Positions 47,692-56,396 of a stretch of 64,000 nt of DNA are shown in pieces. The notes beneath the pieces are model-generated. The model did no database searches. It saw only the letters and a program-made list of their open reading frames with translations, and was not told where the DNA came from. The position numbers were made by a program, and so were the translations under genes. Source of the stretch: a virus (taxonomy: Duplodnaviria; Caudoviricetes); IMG/VR virus record IMGVR_UViG_3300037455_000221, positions 32,001-96,000 of that record. The stretch is one strand, 5' to 3'. Position 1 is the first letter of the stretch, and every line of letters begins with the position of its first letter.

Positions 47692-48090
47692 TTATTCTCC
47701 TAACTTTAATATCTTACTAATTGCTACAGCTTCTTCGTATGAAATACTTCTGCGAGACTTAATCTTGCCAAGGACTTCATAAGCAAATCGTCTCTTTGCA
47801 ATCTCTTCATCAGTGCCCTGAGGCTCATCCTTGGAGGGCGAGAAGAACTCTTTCTTATCCTCTTCAGTGAGATCCCACAGATAACAGAACTCTGTATACG
47901 ATCCGAAGTCTATTGCAAGCACAGGAGCTACATTAAAATCAAAATCTGCTGAGTAATATTTTACACCCTTCTTTGATCTAATATACTCAAAGGCGTCCTT
48001 TATACTCTTTGGTTCATATTCAATTGATAATGTTTGTATTACCGGGTCATTTATGTCACGTTTATAACCCTGTTCAAATGCTAACTTCAT
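47692..48090 (-). CDS. Hypothetical protein
   Basis: Coupled ORF. Confidence 0.6.
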   Translation of the reverse strand: MKLAFEQGYKRDINDPVIQTLSIEYEPKSIKDAFEYIRSKKGVKYYSADFDFNVAPVLAIDFGSYTEFCYLWDLTEEDKKEFFSPSKDEPQGTDEEIAKRRFAYEVLGKIKSRRSISYEEAVAISKILKLGE

Positions 48091-49124
48091 TATATTTCTC
48101 CTTTGATAATCTTTTCATTTACAGAAGCCATAAACTCATTGATCTTTTTATAATTAGGTTTCTCTGGTAAATCAGTATTTTCTTTATCATAAGCAAGTCT
48201 TTTCTCGTACTCATTTACAATGTCATAAAATTCCGGAAGGACTTGATTATCTTGTGTTATAAACTTACCGTTTCTAATCTCCATAAGAAAATCATGCTCA
48301 GCTTCTCTATAAGTTACTATGTCTTTTTTCTCTAAGATATCGAAACACATTAGATATAATCTTATGAGGTGCATCATATGCTTAGCAATTTTGCCATGTT
48401 CTAATGCATGATCATTGCGCTTACCAAGAGTATTGTATGACTTAGCGGTTGTTTGTAATGAGTTCCACAGTCCACAGTAGTCTCTTAAAGGATAGTGTGT
48501 AAGCTTTACATCCATGAAAATTTCTGTGTCCATTTCTGGCTTATCAGATTTATCGATATAAAGATTAATAGAATCCTCAGGCACTATTGAAAACTGATTA
48601 TTAAAATCTTCTCTCATGAACTCAAGAGTCTTAAGTATATGCTCTTCTAATTGTGCTTGACCCATAGAGTGCTTTTCTTTTTGTGTCAATCTATACAGCT
48701 GCTGATTTGCATATCCGCCAAATGAATGAATGCACTTCTTAGATAAAAACAATCCTTTATTATTTATCAGCTCCTGGCCAATTGGATTAAGATACAGATA
48801 ATGTTCAGGTTTTAATCCAAGAAGCTCAATGGTATTTGGATTCACATTTGTGAGCAAAGATATAAGTTTATTAAATGAATAAACGGTTGTATCTGTCTTT
48901 TCATCCACCACTTGATCAAAGTTCTGATTTGTAAGCAGCTCCATTTTAGAATTTAAAGCACATCCTCTTATATCTACATCTGAGATCCCTATGTTGGTTC
49001 CATATGCATATGATCCACCCAGGCCCAACAATATAATGTTGGGGCCAAGGTGCTCATTGTTGTGTAGAAAACTATATTCACCATTGGTATCAGATATGGT
49101 TTCTTTAATTTTATCTAATGTCAT
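48090..49124 (-). CDS. Pol-beta superfamily nucleotidyltransferase (RlaP-like)
   Basis: GGSYAYGTNIGISDVDIRG, NPNTIELL, KHMMHLIRL. Confidence 0.8.
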   Translation of the reverse strand: MTLDKIKETISDTNGEYSFLHNNEHLGPNIILLGLGGSYAYGTNIGISDVDIRGCALNSKMELLTNQNFDQVVDEKTDTTVYSFNKLISLLTNVNPNTIELLGLKPEHYLYLNPIGQELINNKGLFLSKKCIHSFGGYANQQLYRLTQKEKHSMGQAQLEEHILKTLEFMREDFNNQFSIVPEDSINLYIDKSDKPEMDTEIFMDVKLTHYPLRDYCGLWNSLQTTAKSYNTLGKRNDHALEHGKIAKHMMHLIRLYLMCFDILEKKDIVTYREAEHDFLMEIRNGKFITQDNQVLPEFYDIVNEYEKRLAYDKENTDLPEKPNYKKINEFMASVNEKIIKGEI

Positions 49125-49162
49125 AATCCTTCCCTCTTATCCTTAAATAAATCTCAAAATTC

Positions 49163-49441
49163 TCATTTCCAATATTTCTTAATAAGTTCTAATTCCTCAG
49201 ATGTAGGGGCTCTCATTGTGAAACAAGAACTTTCTGTTACGTCCTTAATGGCTCTGTTATATCCGGCTTCATATCCTTCTTTATACTGGTTACGATCATA
49301 TGCAAGTGCCTTAAGAAGTTCTTCTTTATTTACATCTACGCCCATGCTTTGAGCGACAGACATAACGTTGTCCTCTAGTGTTGTTTGTATTTCAGTCTGA
49401 TATACTTTTATTGGTGAGATATAACCGTCTAATGGATTCAT
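49163..49441 (-). CDS. Hypothetical protein
   Basis: VDVNKEELLKALAYDRNQY; overlaps the nrdD stop. Confidence 0.65.
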   Translation of the reverse strand: MNPLDGYISPIKVYQTEIQTTLEDNVMSVAQSMGVDVNKEELLKALAYDRNQYKEGYEAGYNRAIKDVTESSCFTMRAPTSEELELIKKYWK

Positions 49442-50418
49442 CTATTCCAGCTCCTTAATTTCTGTGAATGTTTATAGCGCAATTCAACTTCTTGCTGTTT
49501 GCCAAGATTAAATGCCGTTTTATAATCACTTGTTAAATATCCGGTCACTCTACGAAGATGCGTTACATGATTGCTACCACACATAGGACATTCTTCATCC
49601 ATATCATCAGAATATCCGCAATCTTCGCACTGATCATTAGGAACGTTAATTGCGAAGTAGGGAACATCTTTATCCATAGCATAATTGATTATGGTTTCAA
49701 CAGCATCAAGGTTATTCTTTACAGAAGACTCAAGCTCTACATAAAGAATGCTTCCAGCATTAGAGTAGTTATCAAGTACAGATTCAATGTCAATCTTCCT
49801 GAAAGGATCTATCTGTTCCCAGACAGGGCAGTGTACCGAGTTAGTGAAGAACTCTTTATCACTAACATTAGGGATTTCGCCATACTTTTTCTTGAACTTC
49901 TGCATTGATGTGTAGCACAGATTTTCTGCAGGAGTTAAGTATACACCATAATTAAGATGTTCTTTCTCCTTCTGTTCTTTACATCTATCCTTAAAGAGCT
50001 GCTCAATTTTGCATCCAAGAGCGAAGCCTTCATCGCTTAGCTGATTGCAGCCTACAAGGATCTGTAATGTCTCAGCAAGTCCTATCTGTCCAAGAGCAAG
50101 TGTACCATGCTTAAGTGCACTCTCTATGTTCTTGCCATCGTAACCAGCCATTGTATGATTGGTATACATAAATGCTCCTGATCTGGGATCTTGTGAACAA
50201 ATATAATCATATCTTTCACGAAGCATCTGGAATCCAATTGTTATATTGTCATCTAATATCTGCATGAAACAATCAACAATGGGTTCACCAGTTTTTTCTG
50301 CTCTTTCCTTGGCTTGCATAGCAAGAGTGGGCATGATAATTGTTACCGGACAGATGTTACCACGACCATCTTTGAGCTGGTCAAAACCATTTATATCAAA
50401 ACCGTTGTATGTCCTACA
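49438..50418 (-). CDS. nrdD: Anaerobic ribonucleotide reductase, exon 2
   Basis: CRT, GRGN, TPAENL, CxxC..CPMC, RRVTGYL glycyl-radical motif. Confidence 0.95.
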   Translation of the reverse strand, partial: CRTYNGFDINGFDQLKDGRGNICPVTIIMPTLAMQAKERAEKTGEPIVDCFMQILDDNITIGFQMLRERYDYICSQDPRSGAFMYTNHTMAGYDGKNIESALKHGTLALGQIGLAETLQILVGCNQLSDEGFALGCKIEQLFKDRCKEQKEKEHLNYGVYLTPAENLCYTSMQKFKKKYGEIPNVSDKEFFTNSVHCPVWEQIDPFRKIDIESVLDNYSNAGSILYVELESSVKNNLDAVETIINYAMDKDVPYFAINVPNDQCEDCGYSDDMDEECPMCGSNHVTHLRRVTGYLTSDYKTAFNLGKQQEVELRYKHSQKLRSWNR

Positions 50419-51243
50419 CAAGTCTCACTGTGTGAGACCTAGACTATATCTTCATTATTTATTCTATTACCAAACAAATAATGCTCAGCACTTCCACTAA
50501 ATGAATTTCACATTTAATGTACTCTACTCGCTTCTTCGCCTGAATATTTCTTTCAGGTTATGCTTTCGATAGTCGTTTGACCTTACGCATAATTAAACAA
50601 ATAACCTAGATAATCTTCTTTTAATTCACCTTTTAACACTCTAGCAATTTTATGTCTGTCAAGTTGTAATGCATTGGCACATTTTCTTATAGATCCATAC
50701 ACTCCTATAGATTCATTATTTAAATTTTTAACTTCTACTGAAGTATTATTTTTATGAGTGCGGTTTCCACTATGCCATCCGTGATATACATTATATGAAT
50801 TTGTACACCACTCAAGATTTTCAAGTCTGTTATCTGTTTTGTCACTGTTGATGTGATTAACGTATTTATAATTATTTGGATTAGGTATAAAACAATGGGC
50901 TAATATGACATGTACCCTATTATGATGAGAAACTCCATTTTCTGTTTTATATTGAACTTGTAAATACCCATCGGATCCTTTTGAAGGAGTAAGCTTTTTA
51001 CCAGTTCTTTTACTATAAATATTTAAATCATCATCTACTAAAAATCCATCATACTCTTTCATAAACACCTCATTGAGGTCTTTGTTTAAGTATGCGTCTT
51101 GGCACAGGATTCTTTCTTTCGAACATTCCCTGTTAGCCAACTTGCAAAATGTCATTTCCTACATTTCCATTTTTATAATGTCAAGTTGACACCTTACATT
51201 TGTAAGTTCACTGAGTTTTACATGAGCCATCGTGTTGTTGTTA
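50419..51243 (-). mobile_element. Group I intron (825 nt) with a homing endonuclease
   Basis: 5' exon ends in U (GGT), intron ends in G; joining gives STMG|CRT; IGS GCTCAT pairs with ATGGGT; R (TCAAACGACTA) and S (AAGATATAGTCT) elements; P9 GTCTCAC/GTGAGAC. Confidence 0.92.
50583..51062 (-). CDS. Intron-encoded HNH homing endonuclease with a NUMOD1-like tail
   Basis: DGYL..RVHVILA..VNHINSDKTDNRLENLEWCT..N; YGSIRKCA; RBS GAGGTG. Confidence 0.9.
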   Translation of the reverse strand: MKEYDGFLVDDDLNIYSKRTGKKLTPSKGSDGYLQVQYKTENGVSHHNRVHVILAHCFIPNPNNYKYVNHINSDKTDNRLENLEWCTNSYNVYHGWHSGNRTHKNNTSVEVKNLNNESIGVYGSIRKCANALQLDRHKIARVLKGELKEDYLGYLFNYA

Positions 51244-52515
51244 ACCCATGGTTGACATATAAGTTCTAGGATCGTTAGGATCATATCCGGCATTACCACT
51301 CCAGTCAACGTTACAATAATTTGGATACAATCTTAATGCAGTACACTTTATAGCCAGCCTGAAAAGGTCATAGTTAGGATCTCCTGGCTTTCTATTCACA
51401 CCTTTCATACACTGGAATATTGCACAAGGGAAAATAGATGTACGGTGGAACTTGCCAAGTCCTTCTATTGCTACTTCAAGTAGCGTTTGAGTAACCATTC
51501 TTCCTTCAAGCCTAGTACATGTACCATAGTTGATAGATGTAAAAGGTAGTTGATTACCGGATCTGCTCTGAAGACTATTAAGATTATGATACATAGCTTC
51601 AACAGCTTGCTTTGTTTCTTTCTTTGTCATAGCCATAGCATACTTGTAGGCTTGTTCGTAATAATAATATCTAGTATCTTCAATACTTATTTCTTCAGGG
51701 TTTGTAGCCCCAAGTTCTTTTTGTATCTGAGAAGGAAGTAATCCAACTATATATTCAAGTCCGTCTTTGTAATGCTTATAAAATGAAAGTCTTACGTACG
51801 GAACCATTGTCCAATCTAAATGTGTTGCTGAACATCCGCCAAACTGGTCAAGACTCTGCAGCTGGAAAATTACTGCGGTTAATTGAAGAGCTGAACCTAT
51901 TGATCTGGCCGGACGCATGTCTGTCTGTTTTACTCTGAATCCATTAGCAAGAAGATCATCAAAAGGAATGCTTAAGCAGTTGTGATCTCCAAGAGGATAA
52001 TGGTCGAGATCATGTATATACACTTCATTACCAAGATGCTTCTTACGTGCTATGTCTGATACAAGATAATCAAGTGCGTATTTCTTCATAAGTACACTTT
52101 CGGCTTCACCTTTACGACCACCAAAAGAATGTTCGTCTACATTAGCATTCTGATTATCTACATCTATTGCTTCAATCTTACGAGTAACTTCTCTCATAAA
52201 GTCAGCGTTATATTCACGAGAGCGCGTTCTTTTATTCCTATAAAGTATATACTTCTTGGCGACATCCTTATGTTTTGACGCCATTAATTTATTCTCAATA
52301 ATATCCTGGATATCTTCAACTGATAATATCTTATGATCCTTAACTTCCCATGATGCCTTAACTAACTTTTCAATGCCATCTGCAACCTGATCTGCGCATT
52401 GCCTAAACTCTTCGTCTACTTCTCCGCGTTCAGCTTCACACGCCCTAACCATTGCTGTTATTATCTTCTCGCGATCAAATTTCTGCTGTCTACCGTCTCT
52501 TTTATTTACTACCAT
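51244..52515 (-). CDS. nrdD: Anaerobic ribonucleotide reductase, exon 1 (ATP cone)
   Basis: VNKRDGRQQKFDREKI, YIHDLD..HNC, SRSGNQLPFTSINYG, RLYPNY, STMG. Confidence 0.95.
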
Positions 52516-53161
52516 TTTTGAGAGCCCTCCTCTGTTTTCTATGTACCTTTCTTTCCCAGCGCTCCCTATATTCCTTTACTGTGTCACTAATATCAACTGT
52601 AACATCTTCCTTTTTACCATCTCCATAACGAGTATATCCATAAGTATTTGGAATAGAACAATGTGTAGGATCAGTATCAAACCTTTCATTGTAAGGTGTC
52701 TTATATGCACCATGCTTTTTTTGAATCCTATCGTCACATATCCTACATCTACATTCTACCCAGCCACCTTTACTAATTGGACTATCTGGACGTCCACAAT
52801 GCTGACATACATTAGCAGAAATTGCTGTATACTTATCAATTACATCCTCAACTTCATCCACGCACATATTGGTATACACACGGAGCTCGCCAAATTTCTC
52901 CTTGATCTGAACAAAATATAGGCGATTCTCAAGTCCAAGCCTATGAATGATCGGATTAAGTTCCTTGATACACATATGCCACAGATCAGCCCAACCACCA
53001 TTACTACCAAACGCATCATATTCGGTAACGCCAATAGTAGGTATAACTTCACCAGTCCAATCACTATGTATAGCAATCCAGTTACCATACTTCCTTATTA
53101 TCTTTTTGGCTCTGAGGTGATCACTTATCCTCTTCCTCGCTTTCCTTCTTTTCGCGCTCAT
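52502..53161 (-). CDS. Hypothetical protein with a QIKEKFGELRVY motif and Zn finger
   Basis: Motif plus CQHCG..CRIC. Confidence 0.7.
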   Translation of the reverse strand: MSAKRRKARKRISDHLRAKKIIRKYGNWIAIHSDWTGEVIPTIGVTEYDAFGSNGGWADLWHMCIKELNPIIHRLGLENRLYFVQIKEKFGELRVYTNMCVDEVEDVIDKYTAISANVCQHCGRPDSPISKGGWVECRCRICDDRIQKKHGAYKTPYNERFDTDPTHCSIPNTYGYTRYGDGKKEDVTVDISDTVKEYRERWERKVHRKQRRALKNGSK

Positions 53162-53708
53162 CCATTTTCTCCTTCCATATTCTATCCCAGCCGTATACCC
53201 ACAGCCTTGCTTCATCTTCGGTATACCCTTGATGGATTAATTCTTCACACCAATGTTCCCGGAAATATTCATGTATAGGTGTGTGTAAATCTTCAGTCTT
53301 AGCTTTTTCTCCGGCTTCACCAACTCTACGAGCGAGCTCTATTTCCCAATCATTCGGGTTAAACCAAACTGCCGCTTTAATAGCTTCGTCTACAGTATAT
53401 TGAATCTTATTACGCTTACACTTTTTGTAATATTTAACAAGCGAATTCTTGACCCAACTAATGCATTCAGCTTCTTCACTATCAATAAAACATTGACTAC
53501 TTATATGAACGTATGCTTTGTTTTTATCTACACCCATACTACATGTAAGATAAGGATAGTATTTGGAAAGATCTTTTTGATTATTTATGGTTAATATGTG
53601 ATCTCTTCCATCCGCACCATAAATAGAAAACTTACTGTTTTGTAAGTATTTATCACTACGATCACCGAAGCTGTCACATACATCACATTTACCACAAAAT
53701 TCTGACAT
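53121..53708 (-). CDS. Hypothetical protein
   Basis: RBS AAGGAGG; GKCDVCD. Confidence 0.65.
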   Translation of the reverse strand: MSEFCGKCDVCDSFGDRSDKYLQNSKFSIYGADGRDHILTINNQKDLSKYYPYLTCSMGVDKNKAYVHISSQCFIDSEEAECISWVKNSLVKYYKKCKRNKIQYTVDEAIKAAVWFNPNDWEIELARRVGEAGEKAKTEDLHTPIHEYFREHWCEELIHQGYTEDEARLWVYGWDRIWKEKMDEREKKESEEEDK

Positions 53709-53863
53709 ATTACCTCCTTCCTTTTTAGAAACCAATAGGGCAAGACCGTCGCCTTGCCCTATCCTTATAGGCTTCAGATCATTCTACGAAATAAAGCTTT
53801 CTAACTTTGTCAACTTATCTATGACCTCTCTTATATCTGTCGCCCACGTCCTTCGACTCTTTT

Positions 53864-53892
53864 ATACTATCATATTATTGGTACATTGTCAA
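53864..53892 (-). promoter_or_regulatory. sigma-A-type promoter
   Basis: TTGACA-N17-TAGTAT. Confidence 0.7.
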
Positions 53893-55448
53893 GTATCTAA
53901 TTTTGTAAATTTCATATTTATCCAACCGCTACCATCAGTAAGTTTGCCCCAGTCATTTTCTATTTCAGAAATAAGTACTCTGCTATTTTTCTTAAGAGAA
54001 GTCTTAACACTATAATTAATTCCGGGGCCACTACGTACATTAAGGAGCATTGCTGTAGTCTTTACTGGCTTTACTTCTTCTTTCTTAGCAGCACCCATAA
54101 CTACTGCACCGGGGATAGGAAATACTGTAGTTACAGCGGATCCCTTGAACTTGTCAAAATATCCTTGACAACACGCTGCTCTCTTCTGCTGATTAGCTAC
54201 ACTCTGATCAGCGGGCTTTTCAAACTGAAGAAGCATTATGTTACTTGCCTCAAGTACTGAGGTAGCCTTCATAAGATTATCCCACACGCCCTTGTATTTG
54301 GTTTGAAGCTCCTGAGTAAGATAAGTGAGCTGAAGATTGATATCGCAAATTGACATTTTACACTGTTTTGCGAGATCAAGTAATCCCTTCTTTCTTGTGG
54401 AGTATGTCCACTGTGCAAGACCATAACCGGCTCCGTCGTTAACAAAGTTGGTATACGTACCATTGTCAACCTTAGCGGTATACTGATCGTCATTTAATCC
54501 AAGCTTCTTCTCAAAACTGTTCTGAAGGTTGTTAGGTCTGATAGCACTCTCCATAGAAATATTACCCACAATACCGGCACATCCAAACTCATTCATACCG
54601 AGGATCCTGAAGAAATCCCAAGTAGCTTTTGAATAGTCAGCATAGGGATCAGGGGTGCCAGCTGGAAAGTTGGGAACAGGAGTGGGAGCTGGTGTGGGTG
54701 TAGGCTGAGGTGTGTTTGCACCAAGCAGATTATTCACCACGGTAATGACGTTAGGCATAATAGTCTTAAAATAGGGGCCAGGGCATGCAGTGTTTTGGTA
54801 GTCGCAGTGGTACGTAACGTTGCAGCCATTAACATGATTAATCCTATCGCTCTTATTATCAGACCAAATTAATCTTTGAATACCATTACGTTTACAAATA
54901 TCTACAAGCAGATTATAAAGTGACTGAAGAGCCAGTTCAGATACTGTCCAAGTAGGTGAAAGAGTGTTATTAGCTACCTCAATAGTGATAGCACGGAAGT
55001 CGTTAACTCTTGATCCGGAACACCAGCTTCTATTTTCCTCACCACAATAGCCGCCTATACGTCCGTCTGTACCAATACCATAGTTAGACGATGCCTGTCT
55101 GCTAGGTCTAGCAAATATATTACCACAAGTTTCTACGGTAAGATTGCCGGCCATATGGTGAATTGTAATTGTGTCAATTTTATTATTAGTGACACCATAC
55201 TTCGCAGCGTCACTACGAGGATTATAGTTAGGCGTAGGAATAATTACATTACACAGAGGTGAAAAGATAAAATTGTTGGCAGCATTTGCTCCAACTATTT
55301 CTGTGTGCTGTCTGGCTAACGCTAAACATTCCTCGATATCGTCAGCTTCGTCTAAGCCATTAGAGAGTTCCTTTAACGCTTCCGGATTAACTCTCTTTAC
55401 ACTAGTTACAAGTTCAAGCTCATTGGTTTCTTCTTTTTTAAACTTCAT
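53889..55448 (-). CDS. Cell-wall hydrolase: amidase-2, PT linker, phage tail-type lysozyme, SH3b
   Basis: ITIHHMAG, ASSNYGIG, ITIEVAN, H..TACPG; GIVGNISMES, GYGLAQWT; LNVRSGPG..GWI. Confidence 0.9.
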   Translation of the reverse strand: MKFKKEETNELELVTSVKRVNPEALKELSNGLDEADDIEECLALARQHTEIVGANAANNFIFSPLCNVIIPTPNYNPRSDAAKYGVTNNKIDTITIHHMAGNLTVETCGNIFARPSRQASSNYGIGTDGRIGGYCGEENRSWCSGSRVNDFRAITIEVANNTLSPTWTVSELALQSLYNLLVDICKRNGIQRLIWSDNKSDRINHVNGCNVTYHCDYQNTACPGPYFKTIMPNVITVVNNLLGANTPQPTPTPAPTPVPNFPAGTPDPYADYSKATWDFFRILGMNEFGCAGIVGNISMESAIRPNNLQNSFEKKLGLNDDQYTAKVDNGTYTNFVNDGAGYGLAQWTYSTRKKGLLDLAKQCKMSICDINLQLTYLTQELQTKYKGVWDNLMKATSVLEASNIMLLQFEKPADQSVANQQKRAACCQGYFDKFKGSAVTTVFPIPGAVVMGAAKKEEVKPVKTTAMLLNVRSGPGINYSVKTSLKKNSRVLISEIENDWGKLTDGSGWINMKFTKLDT

Positions 55449-56013
55449 TACTGTCTTCTCCTTCTTCTAAAATTGCTTTATATAAACCAAAATGCATAGC
55501 TATTAAACCATTATCGGAAGGAAGAATACAAAGTTCATCACCTTCTTCTATAAGGTCTACATTTTCCAATGCGGTAGCTATAATTACATTCTCTTTAACT
55601 CCTGTTGGCCTCATCCATACAGATTTCATATCTTCTTCAGGGGGATTAGAATATGTATTAATTAAAACATCGTCTGGGAATTGATTATCTCTATATGGAT
55701 CTAATATTAAGGCATTTCTAAGTTTGCGCTGTTCTACGGTTAATCCTTCGTCAGAATGATAACTATCGGCTTCAGCAATTGGTATTTCATGAATCTCCAG
55801 TGGCTTAACCATATAGTTCTCATTATATCTTAAAATAATTAACGCATTTGTATCTTCTATAACTCGAAGTGAAATACCAGTTTGCTGATCGATATAGCAA
55901 AATGCCTTAACTGTATCCTTACCACCAACCATTTCTTTAATGCTATCAGGTGTTTGTATCTCTACATATCTTCCTACGATCTCTCTAAAATTATATTCAC
56001 TAATTGGTTTCAT
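55438..56013 (-). CDS. Hypothetical protein
   Basis: Coupled ORF; LDPYR..FPDDV. Confidence 0.6.
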   Translation of the reverse strand: MKPISEYNFREIVGRYVEIQTPDSIKEMVGGKDTVKAFCYIDQQTGISLRVIEDTNALIILRYNENYMVKPLEIHEIPIAEADSYHSDEGLTVEQRKLRNALILDPYRDNQFPDDVLINTYSNPPEEDMKSVWMRPTGVKENVIIATALENVDLIEEGDELCILPSDNGLIAMHFGLYKAILEEGEDSNEV

Positions 56014-56351
56014 ATAGCCTCCTTATAATATGTGGATAACTTTCCATCCTCTGCTATGTTTTGTAATTCTAATGTGGTAGTCATATCTGTGCTATCTACA
56101 AATGATCCAATAGCAATACCATTGCGGTCTGTTACACATAAATGATGAGGCTCAATATTTATTTGAGCACTTGTTAATATACACTTTTGTGTAATAACCA
56201 GACCATCCGTAGTTCTGATCTTAAGATAGAATGGATCACCATCTATTTGTAAACAACTCAGATCAAAATAACTTGTACCACAATATGGACACTTGCTTAA
56301 TCCTACATCATATGGCGCACCACAATTCGGACAATTACGATTTTCACTCAT
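56010..56351 (-). CDS. Zn-ribbon protein
   Basis: NCPNCGAP..KCPYCGT. Confidence 0.7.
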   Translation of the reverse strand: MSENRNCPNCGAPYDVGLSKCPYCGTSYFDLSCLQIDGDPFYLKIRTTDGLVITQKCILTSAQINIEPHHLCVTDRNGIAIGSFVDSTDMTTTLELQNIAEDGKLSTYYKEAI

Positions 56352-56367
56352 ATTATTTCCACCCTTT

Positions 56368-56396
56368 ACTATATCACATATCTGTTGTTATGTCAA
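56368..56396 (-). promoter_or_regulatory. sigma-A-type promoter
   Basis: TTGACA-N17-TATAGT, overlapping the dnaE 3' end. Confidence 0.7.

Noticed and set aside
50419-51243. nrdD pseudogene or intein
   Set aside because: An in-frame stop excludes an intein, and group I signals restore the frame exactly
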